The notes under the pieces were generated by a model. It did no database searches. It worked only from the letters and a program-made list of their open reading frames with translations, and was not told the origin of the DNA. A DNA stretch of 59,632 nt. It comes from Clostridium sp. CAG:793 (lineage in GTDB: Bacteria; Bacillota; Clostridia; TANB77; CAG-508). The position numbers and the translations under genes are program-made. Where the stretch lies: the NCBI GenBank assembly GCA_000433915.1, contig HF993639.1, forward strand, positions 1 to 59,632, read 5' to 3'. Of this stretch, positions 1 to 7,333 are shown piece by piece. Position 1 is the first letter of the stretch. Each line of letters opens with the position of its first letter.

Positions 1-14
1 TGAGCTAAGCGACC
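1..14 (-). tRNA. 5' end of a tRNA gene, truncated by the window edge
   Basis: The reverse complement of 1-14 reads GGTCGCTTAGCTCA. That is a 7-nt acceptor arm, U8, then the GCTC D-stem and A14. The rest of the gene lies outside the window, so its identity is unknown. Confidence 0.35.
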
Positions 15-162
15 ATATGTTTAACTGACTTACTTAGTATACTAAATAATTTTGAGATTGTCAACACTATTTTAAAATTTTTTTGATTTTTTTTATTTTA
101 TTTATGAAATGTCTTATTTTTCAATGTTATTTATACATATAACAAATAAATAAATTAAATTT

Positions 163-197
163 AATAGACCAGGAGACTGAAAATCCCTTGGTCTATT
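163..197. terminator. Hairpin downstream of the ctp gene (terminator-like)
   Basis: AATAGACCAGG (163-173) pairs with CCT(T)GGTCTATT (186-197). The flanks are AT-rich on both sides and there is no clean U-tract. Confidence 0.35.
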
Positions 198-280
198 GTT
201 ATATTTCACTTAATTTTTTATAAAATAAATACTAATAATATACATGTTTGCCAAGTATCCATGTTGCAAAATGATTTATT

Positions 281-1480
281 CTAATTTTCTGTTAAAGTTT
301 CTATAGCTTTTTGTAATTGAGTATCATTTTTTAAATCTATTTTTCCATTATATTCGTAATCTGATACTTTGACATCTGGATCAATTCCTTTTCCATCAAT
401 TTCTCTATGGTTTGGTGTATAGTATTCTCTTGATGTTATCTTTAGGCCGCTTCCATCTGGCAACTGATATAATATTTGTATTACTCCTTTTCCAAATGTT
501 GTTGTTCCTACTAATGTTGCATTATCTACCTTATCTTTGAAAATTCCAGCTAGTATTTCTGATGCACTTGCGGATTTTTGATTTACTAGTAATACTGTTT
601 TCATATTTATTGTTTTATCTTTTTTTGCTTTAGTCACATCTTCGTTTCCGTCTTTATTTTTTTCAATAAGAAGCGTTGTATCTTTTTCTGTAAATAAGTC
701 TGCTATTTCAAGAGCTTCATCTACAATTCCGCCACCATTGTTACGTACGTCAACAATTAGAGTGGTTGCTCCTTGGTCTTTTAAACTATTATATTCTTTT
801 TCGAATTGTTCATTTAGTTTTGTTCCATCAAAGCTTGAAATGTATATATATCCGATTCCCTTGTCTAGCATTTGTGAAGAAACATTAATTATTTCAACTT
901 TTTTTCTGGTTATCTCGAATTCTTTTTCTTCTTCTCCTCTTTGTACTTTAAGTTTTACTTTTGTTCCTTCTTTTCCTTTTATTTTTGTTGTAATGTCTGA
1001 ATAATTATCTCCATTCACTTCTTTTCCATCAACTTCAATTAATATATCATTTGTTTGAAGTCCGGCTTTTTCTGCTGGTGAATCTTTTATTGTACCATAT
1101 ATAACTATTTGATTTGTTTCAGTATTTTTAGTTATATACACTCCTATTCCTAAATATTCTCCCAAAGTATCTGCTGAGTATTCTGCCATTTCGTCTGCAG
1201 TAAAGTACTCGCTATATATATCGTTTAATCCTGCTACATATCCTTTAACTGCCCATTCAGTTAATTCATTTTCATCGTAGTCTCTTAAATATTCTTTTTC
1301 GATCTTACTCTTTATTGTATTTATTTTCGTTGTTAATTTGTCTGATTGTAATATTCCTGATATTACTGACGCATTTTTTATATTATTGTTTCCATATAAC
1401 CATAAAGATGTTATAGAAAATGTAATGACAGCTGTTAATGTAATTGTCATTATTGTTCTAAGAATCTGATTTTTTTTCAT
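281..1480 (-). CDS. Carboxy-terminal processing (tail-specific) protease, S41 family, with PDZ domain and N-terminal membrane anchor
   Basis: The layout is typical of CtpA/CtpB: a TM helix, a PDZ segment (GLQTNDILIEVDGKEV) and an S41 core (NNGGGIVDEA, SASASEILAG, TFGKGV). The ATG at 1480 sits 9-11 nt after GGAGA. The ORF-track start at 1489 is TTG, too close to the RBS. Confidence 0.9.
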   Translation of the reverse strand: MKKNQILRTIMTITLTAVITFSITSLWLYGNNNIKNASVISGILQSDKLTTKINTIKSKIEKEYLRDYDENELTEWAVKGYVAGLNDIYSEYFTADEMAEYSADTLGEYLGIGVYITKNTETNQIVIYGTIKDSPAEKAGLQTNDILIEVDGKEVNGDNYSDITTKIKGKEGTKVKLKVQRGEEEKEFEITRKKVEIINVSSQMLDKGIGYIYISSFDGTKLNEQFEKEYNSLKDQGATTLIVDVRNNGGGIVDEALEIADLFTEKDTTLLIEKNKDGNEDVTKAKKDKTINMKTVLLVNQKSASASEILAGIFKDKVDNATLVGTTTFGKGVIQILYQLPDGSGLKITSREYYTPNHREIDGKGIDPDVKVSDYEYNGKIDLKNDTQLQKAIETLTEN

Positions 1481-1524
1481 TTTATGCAAATTCTCCTTCC
1501 TTTTTCTTTGTATTATTGTATATC

Positions 1525-2751
1525 TTAATCTTGATTTGATGATAAATATTTTTTAGGGTCAACTGCTACTCCATTTTCTCTTACTTCAAAATGTACATGT
1601 GGCCCTGTTGAATTTCCTGTAGATCCCATTTCCATTATTAGTTCCCCTTGTTTTACACTTTCTCCAACATTTCTTAAGAGTTTGTTTCCATGTCCATATA
1701 ATGTTACTATTTTGACTCCTTCAGAATTTGTTCCATGATCTATCATTACCAAGTTTCCATATCCGCCGGTATTATATTGTGAGTAAATTATCACTCCATC
1801 AGCTGCTGCATAAACAGGATTTCCTGTTGAACCTCCTATATCAATTCCTGCGTGATTTTTTATTATTCCTTGTATTGGATGTAATCTTGAGCCATATTGA
1901 GACGTTATATATGATGTTGTAAGTGTTGGCCACACCATTATTCCACCCGAATATCTTAACTCATACGTCGAACTTCTGATTGCATATTGAATAAGGTTTT
2001 CTAATTCTTCTTGTTGTTTTTTATATATGTCAATTTGAGATTTTAATGATTGCTCACTTTCAGTTAAGCTAGATATTTGGTTTTCTAATATTGTTTTTGT
2101 ATTTGTTAATACTACTGTTTGTTGCTCTGCGTCTGCTTTTGTGAGTTTCATATTAGCTTTTGATTCCTTAAGTTCATTTGTTACTTTTTCAATTTCTTGT
2201 TTTTGCTTTTCTATTTCTTCCATTGATTTTGCATCATATTCGGTCATTTTTTTTATTAAATAATATCTTGATACAAAGTCTATTATATTATTTGAGTCCA
2301 TTAATACATCTAAGAAATTTATGCTACCACTTTTATAAAATGCTACTAATCTCTGTTTTAATGCTTCATTTTTTCTGTTATAGCTTTCTTGTATTGTGTC
2401 TAATTTTTTTTGATGTTCTTCTACTTGATTTTGCAATTTTTGATATTTTTCATTTACTTCATCAAGTTTTGCTTGATATTGGTCTATTCTATCTTGTAGC
2501 TTTTGTACTTGAATTAAAGAACTTGTTAATTCATTTTCAACATATTGAAGCTGTATATTCGCATTATTTAAATTTTCTTTTACTTGATTTTGCTGTTCTT
2601 GTAATGTTAAGGTTCTATTTTCAGTTGAGTTTTCATTTAGCTTATTTTCATTTGTTATATTTTCATCAGCTAATACTGAATAGTATACATTTAGAATGAT
2701 AAATATTATAATTATTGAGCTTATTATTCTGTTCTTATTCTTTTTCATCAT
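1525..2751 (-). CDS. Coiled-coil M23 (LytM-type) peptidoglycan metalloendopeptidase, copy 2
   Basis: It has an N-terminal anchor, about 230 aa of Q/E/K-rich coiled coil, and a C-terminal M23 domain. Zinc ligands are intact: HAGIDIGG (HxxxD) and HVHFEV (HxH). Confidence 0.88.
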   Translation of the reverse strand: MMKKNKNRIISSIIIIFIILNVYYSVLADENITNENKLNENSTENRTLTLQEQQNQVKENLNNANIQLQYVENELTSSLIQVQKLQDRIDQYQAKLDEVNEKYQKLQNQVEEHQKKLDTIQESYNRKNEALKQRLVAFYKSGSINFLDVLMDSNNIIDFVSRYYLIKKMTEYDAKSMEEIEKQKQEIEKVTNELKESKANMKLTKADAEQQTVVLTNTKTILENQISSLTESEQSLKSQIDIYKKQQEELENLIQYAIRSSTYELRYSGGIMVWPTLTTSYITSQYGSRLHPIQGIIKNHAGIDIGGSTGNPVYAAADGVIIYSQYNTGGYGNLVMIDHGTNSEGVKIVTLYGHGNKLLRNVGESVKQGELIMEMGSTGNSTGPHVHFEVRENGVAVDPKKYLSSNQD

Positions 2752-2779
2752 TCCTCCTTATGTATGTTCTTATAAATTT

Positions 2780-2802
2780 GAGGCACAAGTATTTTGTGCC
2801 TC
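2780..2802 (-). terminator. Inter-cistronic hairpin between the two M23 genes (weak or partial terminator, or a stabiliser)
   Basis: GAGGCACAA (2780-2788) pairs with TTGTGCCTC (2794-2802), a 9-bp stem. There is no U-tract on the minus strand. Confidence 0.3.
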
Positions 2803-2856
2803 TTACTTTATGTATTCTCTTATATTATAATCTTTACTTTTCTTTTTATTCTAATT

Positions 2857-4062
2857 TTATGATTCTGTTGTAGCACCTGAAGCTAGCTTATATCCTCCTG
2901 GTAGATAGTCTAGTGGATTTAATGGTGATTTACTAAAGAATTGTGATATTGATGTTGCTTGTCTTATTTCAAAATGTAAATGTGCACCAGTGCTACCTCC
3001 TGAGTTACCTGATGTTGCAATTACTTGTCCTTGTTTTACTAATTGTCCATCTGATACATGACTCTTTGATAAATGTCCATATAATGTTACATATCCACTT
3101 CCGTGGAATACCATAATATATACTCCATATCCATTTCTATCATATGCATTATATGCATATCCTGTTGCTGATGCATATACTGATTCATACGATGCACCAA
3201 TATCTATTCCTTTATGTAATCTTCCCCATCTTTTCTTTACTGTTGATGTTACAGTTTTGTTATTACATGGCCATATAAAGCTTCCATCAAATTTAAGTCC
3301 GTCTGAGCCATTGTTTTTATTATTTTTTATTTGTTCGTGTGCTTTTCTGAATGCTTCCTCTAACTTTTTATTTACATCATCCATTGCTTTATTGTATTTA
3401 TCTATTTCATCTTGTTTTTCTTTTTCTTCTTGTGTTAGAGTTGCTATCTTTAATTTCTTTTGAGCTTGCTTTTCTGATAGTTCCGTATTTTTCGCTTCTT
3501 TTTGTGATTTTACACTATCAACTTCTGCTTTCTGAACTTCTAGCTCTTTTTTAGCGTTTTCTAATTCTTCTTTTTCACTAGATACTTTGTTTATAAGTTC
3601 TGTGTCTGCATCCGCTATTCTTGATAAAGCGTCATACGAGCTTAGCATTTCTATATAATCACTTGCTCCAAGTAAAACATCTAGATAACTAATTCCACCT
3701 TTTTTGTATAGTGTTACTAGTCTTTTCTTCAATAGCTCTTGTTTTTCTTCTAAGTCTTTTTGTTTTGCGTCTATTTCTTTTTGTTTCTTTTCTATTGATT
3801 CATTTAATTCATTTATTTTACTTTGTAATTCCGAAATTTCGTTTTGTATATTTATAAGCTCATAATTGATTGTGTCTAATTCACTTTGCTCATTTGCTTT
3901 TTGATTTTTTATCTGATCTTTTTCTTGTGCTGTTTGCTGCATTTGGCTATTTAACGCATTTTTTTCCTTATTTAAATCATCTATTGTAGATGCAAAGCTT
4001 GTTAGTCCTATTGTCATAACTAAAGATGTAACTATTGTCAGGGATAATATTCTTCCTTTCAT
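2857..4062 (-). CDS. Coiled-coil M23 (LytM-type) peptidoglycan metalloendopeptidase, copy 1
   Basis: It has a signal/anchor, a long coiled coil, and an M23 domain with HKGIDIGA and HLHFEI motifs. An AGGAGG RBS precedes the ATG at 4062. Confidence 0.88.
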   Translation of the reverse strand: MKGRILSLTIVTSLVMTIGLTSFASTIDDLNKEKNALNSQMQQTAQEKDQIKNQKANEQSELDTINYELINIQNEISELQSKINELNESIEKKQKEIDAKQKDLEEKQELLKKRLVTLYKKGGISYLDVLLGASDYIEMLSSYDALSRIADADTELINKVSSEKEELENAKKELEVQKAEVDSVKSQKEAKNTELSEKQAQKKLKIATLTQEEKEKQDEIDKYNKAMDDVNKKLEEAFRKAHEQIKNNKNNGSDGLKFDGSFIWPCNNKTVTSTVKKRWGRLHKGIDIGASYESVYASATGYAYNAYDRNGYGVYIMVFHGSGYVTLYGHLSKSHVSDGQLVKQGQVIATSGNSGGSTGAHLHFEIRQATSISQFFSKSPLNPLDYLPGGYKLASGATTES

Positions 4063-4071
4063 TAGTACCTC

Positions 4072-4992
4072 CTATACTTTTAAATATTTTCTCATTGAGA
4101 TTGCACTTCCCACTACGCCTATTCCTATTCCTAGTAATAAATATACTGATAATAATTTTGTAAATACTCCTGAGAAGCTATATAGAGCTATTCCCATTCT
4201 TTGAATTACTGATGATGCTAATATTTGGTTTATTAAAATATCATATACAGGTCCTACAATAGCTAATATTATTACTGCTGATATTATTCCTATTATTACA
4301 CCTTCTACAATAAATGGACCTCTTATAAATCCGTTTGTCGCTCCAACATATTTCATTATAGAAATCTCTCTTCTTCGTGCATATACTGTAAGTTTTATTG
4401 TATATGCAATTATAAATACTGATATTACTATTAATATTAATAATAATACTAATGTTGCTATCTGGATTCCTTTTGCTACACTTGCTAAGCTTGATATTGT
4501 GTCATCACTGCTTGTTATTTCATCTACTCCATCTAGCTTTAGTATCTGTTCTTGGACTTGTTTATTTAATGTCAAATCAGTTAATGTTACAAAATATGAT
4601 GCTGGAAATGGATTATCTTCTGCATATGTATCTAGTAAGTCTTGATGTGTTCCAAGTACAGTTTTCATTGATGCAAGTGCATCTTCTTTTGATTGAAATG
4701 TTACTTTATTAACTCCTGTTATTTGTTGTATTCTTGTTTTTAAGTTATCTATTTCATCTTCTGTTGCATCATCTTTTATTACAACTCTCATTCCTTGTTG
4801 GCTTTCGACTTGTTTCATTATGTAATTTACATTTTCTCCTATTAAGAAGAATGCTCCGAAAATAAACATTGTTGCACACATTATAATTATTGATGCACTT
4901 GTCATTTTCTTTTGCTTTACAATGCTTCTAAATCCTTCACTTATTAAATATCCTATACTACTATATCTCACCGTCATACCCACCTTTTTCAT
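4072..4992 (-). CDS. ftsX: Cell-division ABC transporter permease FtsX
   Basis: The topology is FtsX-like: TM1, a large extracellular loop, then 3 C-terminal TMs. It lies immediately downstream of ftsE and overlaps it. The start is ambiguous (4992 or 4977). Confidence 0.88.
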   Translation of the reverse strand: MKKVGMTVRYSSIGYLISEGFRSIVKQKKMTSASIIIMCATMFIFGAFFLIGENVNYIMKQVESQQGMRVVIKDDATEDEIDNLKTRIQQITGVNKVTFQSKEDALASMKTVLGTHQDLLDTYAEDNPFPASYFVTLTDLTLNKQVQEQILKLDGVDEITSSDDTISSLASVAKGIQIATLVLLLILIVISVFIIAYTIKLTVYARRREISIMKYVGATNGFIRGPFIVEGVIIGIISAVIILAIVGPVYDILINQILASSVIQRMGIALYSFSGVFTKLLSVYLLLGIGIGVVGSAISMRKYLKV

Positions 4993-5644
4993 CTCTTACA
5001 ATATTTCCATGGTCTATACGAATAACTCTTTTATTCATTTTGTCTACTATATCTTTTGCGTGTGTTGCAACAACTACAGTTGTTCCTCTTAAATTTATGT
5101 CATTTAATAGTTCCATTATATCCCATGCTGTGTTTGGGTCTAAGTTTCCTGTAGGCTCATCTGCTATTAGCATTGATGGATTATTTACTATTGCTCTTGC
5201 TAAGGCTACTCTTTGTTGCTCTCCTCCAGATAGTTCGTTTGGATATACCTTTGCCTTATTACTTAGTCCTACTAGTGATAATACCATTGGTACTTGTCTT
5301 CTTATATGTTTTGGAGTAGCCTTTACAACATACATTGCAAATGCTACATTTTCATATACTGTTTTATCTGGTAAAAGTCTAAAGTCTTGGAATACTATTC
5401 CCATGCTTCTTCTTAAGTATGGAACTCTACTTGGTTTTAAGAATGTAGTATCTTTTCCGTTTATAATTATGTTACCTGATGATGGTTCTTCTTCTTTTAG
5501 TATCATTTTTATTAATGTTGATTTTCCTGATCCAGAACTACCAACTAAAAAGCAAAATTCTCCTTTGTCAATCTTGAAGTTTGCATTGTGTATGGCTTCT
5601 GTTCCAGTGTCATAAGTTTTACTTACATTTCTAAATTCTATCAT
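4961..5644 (-). CDS. ftsE: Cell-division ABC transporter ATPase FtsE
   Basis: Motifs present: Walker A GSSGSGKST, signature LSGGEQQRV and Walker B LIADEPTGNLD. The start MIEFRNV at 5644 follows AAAGGAAG. The ORF-track extension to 5710 runs into the promoter. Confidence 0.93.
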   Translation of the reverse strand: MIEFRNVSKTYDTGTEAIHNANFKIDKGEFCFLVGSSGSGKSTLIKMILKEEEPSSGNIIINGKDTTFLKPSRVPYLRRSMGIVFQDFRLLPDKTVYENVAFAMYVVKATPKHIRRQVPMVLSLVGLSNKAKVYPNELSGGEQQRVALARAIVNNPSMLIADEPTGNLDPNTAWDIMELLNDINLRGTTVVVATHAKDIVDKMNKRVIRIDHGNIVRDEKGGYDGEI

Positions 5645-5681
5645 TATTGTTCTTCCTTTACGACCTATAATAATCTTATTT

Positions 5682-5710
5682 ATCATATCAATAATTTTTA
5701 CTTTTTTCAA
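5682..5710 (-). promoter_or_regulatory. Sigma-A type promoter of ftsEX
   Basis: On the minus strand: TTGAAA (5705-5710), a 17-nt spacer, then TATGAT (5682-5687). Confidence 0.5.
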
Positions 5711-5838
5711 GATATATATGAAATTTTTTCGGGAAATTTAGCCCAATTTTGACTAAATATTACTTTTATTTTTTTCTTTAATTTCGTATCCTCTTTGGTT
5801 ATAATTAATTATATTATTTTTAAAGGAGCAAAAGAAAA

Positions 5839-6756
5839 ATGAAAAAAAATGAAATTAAGAAAATACGTTTTGATAAGGTTTGTGATGATTGGTTGGCTTA
5901 TAAAAAGCCTATTATAAAGGAATCTACTTATTTGAATTATGCTTTTACTATTAAGAAACGTTTTGAAAAGGATTTTGAAAATAAGACTATTGATTATTTC
6001 TTTCATTATGATTTAAATCATTATATTGAATTATTACAAGAAAAACTATCTAATAAAACTATTAGAGAACATATTACAATTTTTAAGTCTATACTTAAGT
6101 ATGCGGAAAGGAAATATGATTTTGATTTTAAGCTTGATCTGGTTTCTCTTCCTAAAGCAGATTCCAAACAACTTGAAATTTTTAGTGACAATGAAGTTAA
6201 GAAAATTGAAAATTATATTATAAATTCCAAAGATTTTAAAAATCTTGGTGTTCTTATTAGTTTATATGCTGGTCTTCGTATAGGTGAAGTTTGCGCTTTA
6301 AGGTGGTGTGATATTGATTTTGATAAAAAGCTTTTAAATGTTACTCATACTTTGCAAAGAGTTTATGCTGGCTATAATAATACAAAAGTGGTTTATACTC
6401 TTCCTAAAACAAAACACTCTATACGAAAAATTCCTATTTCTAAATCTTTATATACAATTTTAAGAAATTATAAAAAATATTTTAAATCTGATTCATATAT
6501 TTTAACTGGTAAAACAGAGCATTGTCTTGAGCCTATTGCTTATAGATATACATATAAAAAGATTTTGCACGATTGTTTAATTAATTATAAAAATTTTCAT
6601 TGTTTACGTCATACTTTTGCTACAAGATGTATTCGTGTTGGTATGGATGTTAAGTCCTTAAGTGAAATTCTCGGACATTCTAATGTGAGTATTACTCTTG
6701 AAATATATGTTCATTCTTCTTTTGAGATAAAGAAAAAGTTCATTGATAAATTATAA
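5839..6756 (+). CDS. Tyrosine recombinase / site-specific integrase (phage-integrase family), orphan
   Basis: Catalytic residues are readable: R in GLRIGEV, HxxR in HCLRHTFATR, and H...Y in LGHSNVSITLEIYVH. There is an N-terminal SAM-like core-binding domain and an AAAGGAG RBS. It is the only plus-strand gene in the first 20 kb. Confidence 0.9.
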   Translation: MKKNEIKKIRFDKVCDDWLAYKKPIIKESTYLNYAFTIKKRFEKDFENKTIDYFFHYDLNHYIELLQEKLSNKTIREHITIFKSILKYAERKYDFDFKLDLVSLPKADSKQLEIFSDNEVKKIENYIINSKDFKNLGVLISLYAGLRIGEVCALRWCDIDFDKKLLNVTHTLQRVYAGYNNTKVVYTLPKTKHSIRKIPISKSLYTILRNYKKYFKSDSYILTGKTEHCLEPIAYRYTYKKILHDCLINYKNFHCLRHTFATRCIRVGMDVKSLSEILGHSNVSITLEIYVHSSFEIKKKFIDKL

Positions 6757-6763
6757 AAAACAA

Positions 6764-6788
6764 GGGACATTCACTGAATTAATGTCCC
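6764..6788 (+). terminator. Hairpin after the integrase gene
   Basis: GGGACATT (6764-6771) pairs with AATGTCCC (6781-6788). The following T-tract is weak. Confidence 0.4.
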
Positions 6789-6796
6789 GCATTTGA

Positions 6797-6830
6797 ATTG
6801 ATATTATATCTTCTGTTCTCTAATATCAAT
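6797..6830. repeat. Perfect 10-bp inverted repeat with a 14-bp spacer (candidate recombinase or regulator site)
   Basis: ATTGATATTA (6797-6806) and TAATATCAAT (6821-6830) are exact reverse complements, 40 bp downstream of the integrase stop. Confidence 0.6.
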
Positions 6831-6948
6831 TATTATTTCAAATAATATATTTACATAAATCGATATTTGAATTTATGTTCGATTTTCATAATAACTATAT
6901 CTTTTTTGTGATGTGTATAACTCCTATCTTCTAATTCAGTTATAATAG

Positions 6949-6978
6949 TTATCCACAGAGTTATCCACATTATCCACA
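6949..6978 (+). promoter_or_regulatory. Cluster of three perfect DnaA boxes
   Basis: TTATCCACA occurs at 6949-6957, 6961-6969 and 6970-6978. All three are in the same orientation and match the 9-mer consensus exactly. Confidence 0.85.
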
Positions 6979-6989
6979 GTTTTATTTTT

Positions 6990-7006
6990 TGTCGATTTAT
7001 GTCGAA
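6990..7006 (+). promoter_or_regulatory. Tandem Spo0A (0A) boxes
   Basis: TGTCGAT (6990-6996) and TGTCGAA (7000-7006) are spaced 10 bp apart. The 0A-box consensus is TGTCGAA. The tandem arrangement resembles the B. subtilis abrB operator. Confidence 0.55.
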
Positions 7007-7082
7007 TTGTACTAAACATAATATTGTTTGAATTTTATTTTTCGTAAACTTATTATTTTTATTGTATTAATTTTTAGCAAAA

Positions 7083-7112
7083 GAAAAAGAGACCTAGTCA
7101 TATCTAGGTCTC
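7083..7112 (-). terminator. Rho-independent terminator of the sRNA / recN transcript
   Basis: GAGACCTAG (7089-7097) pairs with CTAGGTCTC (7104-7112), a 9-bp stem. On the minus strand it is followed by UUUUUCUUUU. Confidence 0.8.
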
Positions 7113-7294
7113 CTAAAAGCCACAGTTGTTAGGTATGTATTCCGTTTATGGTTTGCAAACATGACGGTCAGGTTAGAGCAAGCAATTCTTGCACAACTGT
7201 ATAGGCTTTTATAATGCCGAGATTTTAGAAATTTTGCTTGTTTTGGGGATTAAGTTTAAAATTTCTAATCTTTGTGAAGTACTATTCACACGGC
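7083..7294 (-). ncRNA. Candidate small RNA (about 210 nt) downstream of recN, class unknown
   Basis: It has its own TTGACA-17-TAAAAT promoter and a strong intrinsic terminator. No RBS-led ORF is present. Predicted stems include TGCCG/CGGCA, GTGAA/TTCAC, GATTAGAAATTTT/AAAATTTCTAAAATC (apical loop contains AUCCCCAAA) and a 97-nt hairpin closed by AAAAGCC/GGCTTTT. Confidence 0.5.
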
Positions 7295-7300
7295 AATTAT

Positions 7301-7329
7301 ATTTTACCATTATTTTATAATTATGTCAA
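7301..7329 (-). promoter_or_regulatory. Sigma-A type promoter of the candidate sRNA
   Basis: On the minus strand: TTGACA (7324-7329), a 17-nt spacer, then TAAAAT (7301-7306). It starts 4 nt after the recN stop codon. Confidence 0.5.
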
Positions 7330-7333
7330 TACT

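Noticed and set aside
6949-6978. The DnaA-box cluster as the chromosomal replication origin (oriC)
   Set aside because: There is no dnaA, dnaN or rpmH nearby. Genes on both sides (281-5644 and 7334-20175) stay on the minus strand, so there is no leading-strand switch at this point. A DnaA-trio/GC-cluster unwinding element was not evident.
7120-7210. SRP (4.5S/scRNA)-like motif GGUCAGGU on the plus strand of the sRNA region
   Set aside because: The match is limited to 8 nt. The conserved GGAA tetraloop and the AGCA/GNAR helix-8 context are absent. The promoter and terminator signals both point to minus-strand transcription.
7083-7294. 6S RNA, tmRNA or RNase P RNA as the identity of the recN-downstream RNA
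   Set aside because: The 5' and 3' ends do not pair to form the 6S rod with a central bubble. There is no tRNA-like 3' end or resume codon (tmRNA). There is no GAGGAAAGUCC-type P4 sequence, and it is far too short for RNase P.
5711-7333. Prophage, ICE or IS element carrying the integrase
   Set aside because: Only 1.6 kb lies between ftsE and recN, containing a single ORF. No excisionase, replication, structural or transposase genes were seen. No flanking direct repeats or tRNA target were detected.
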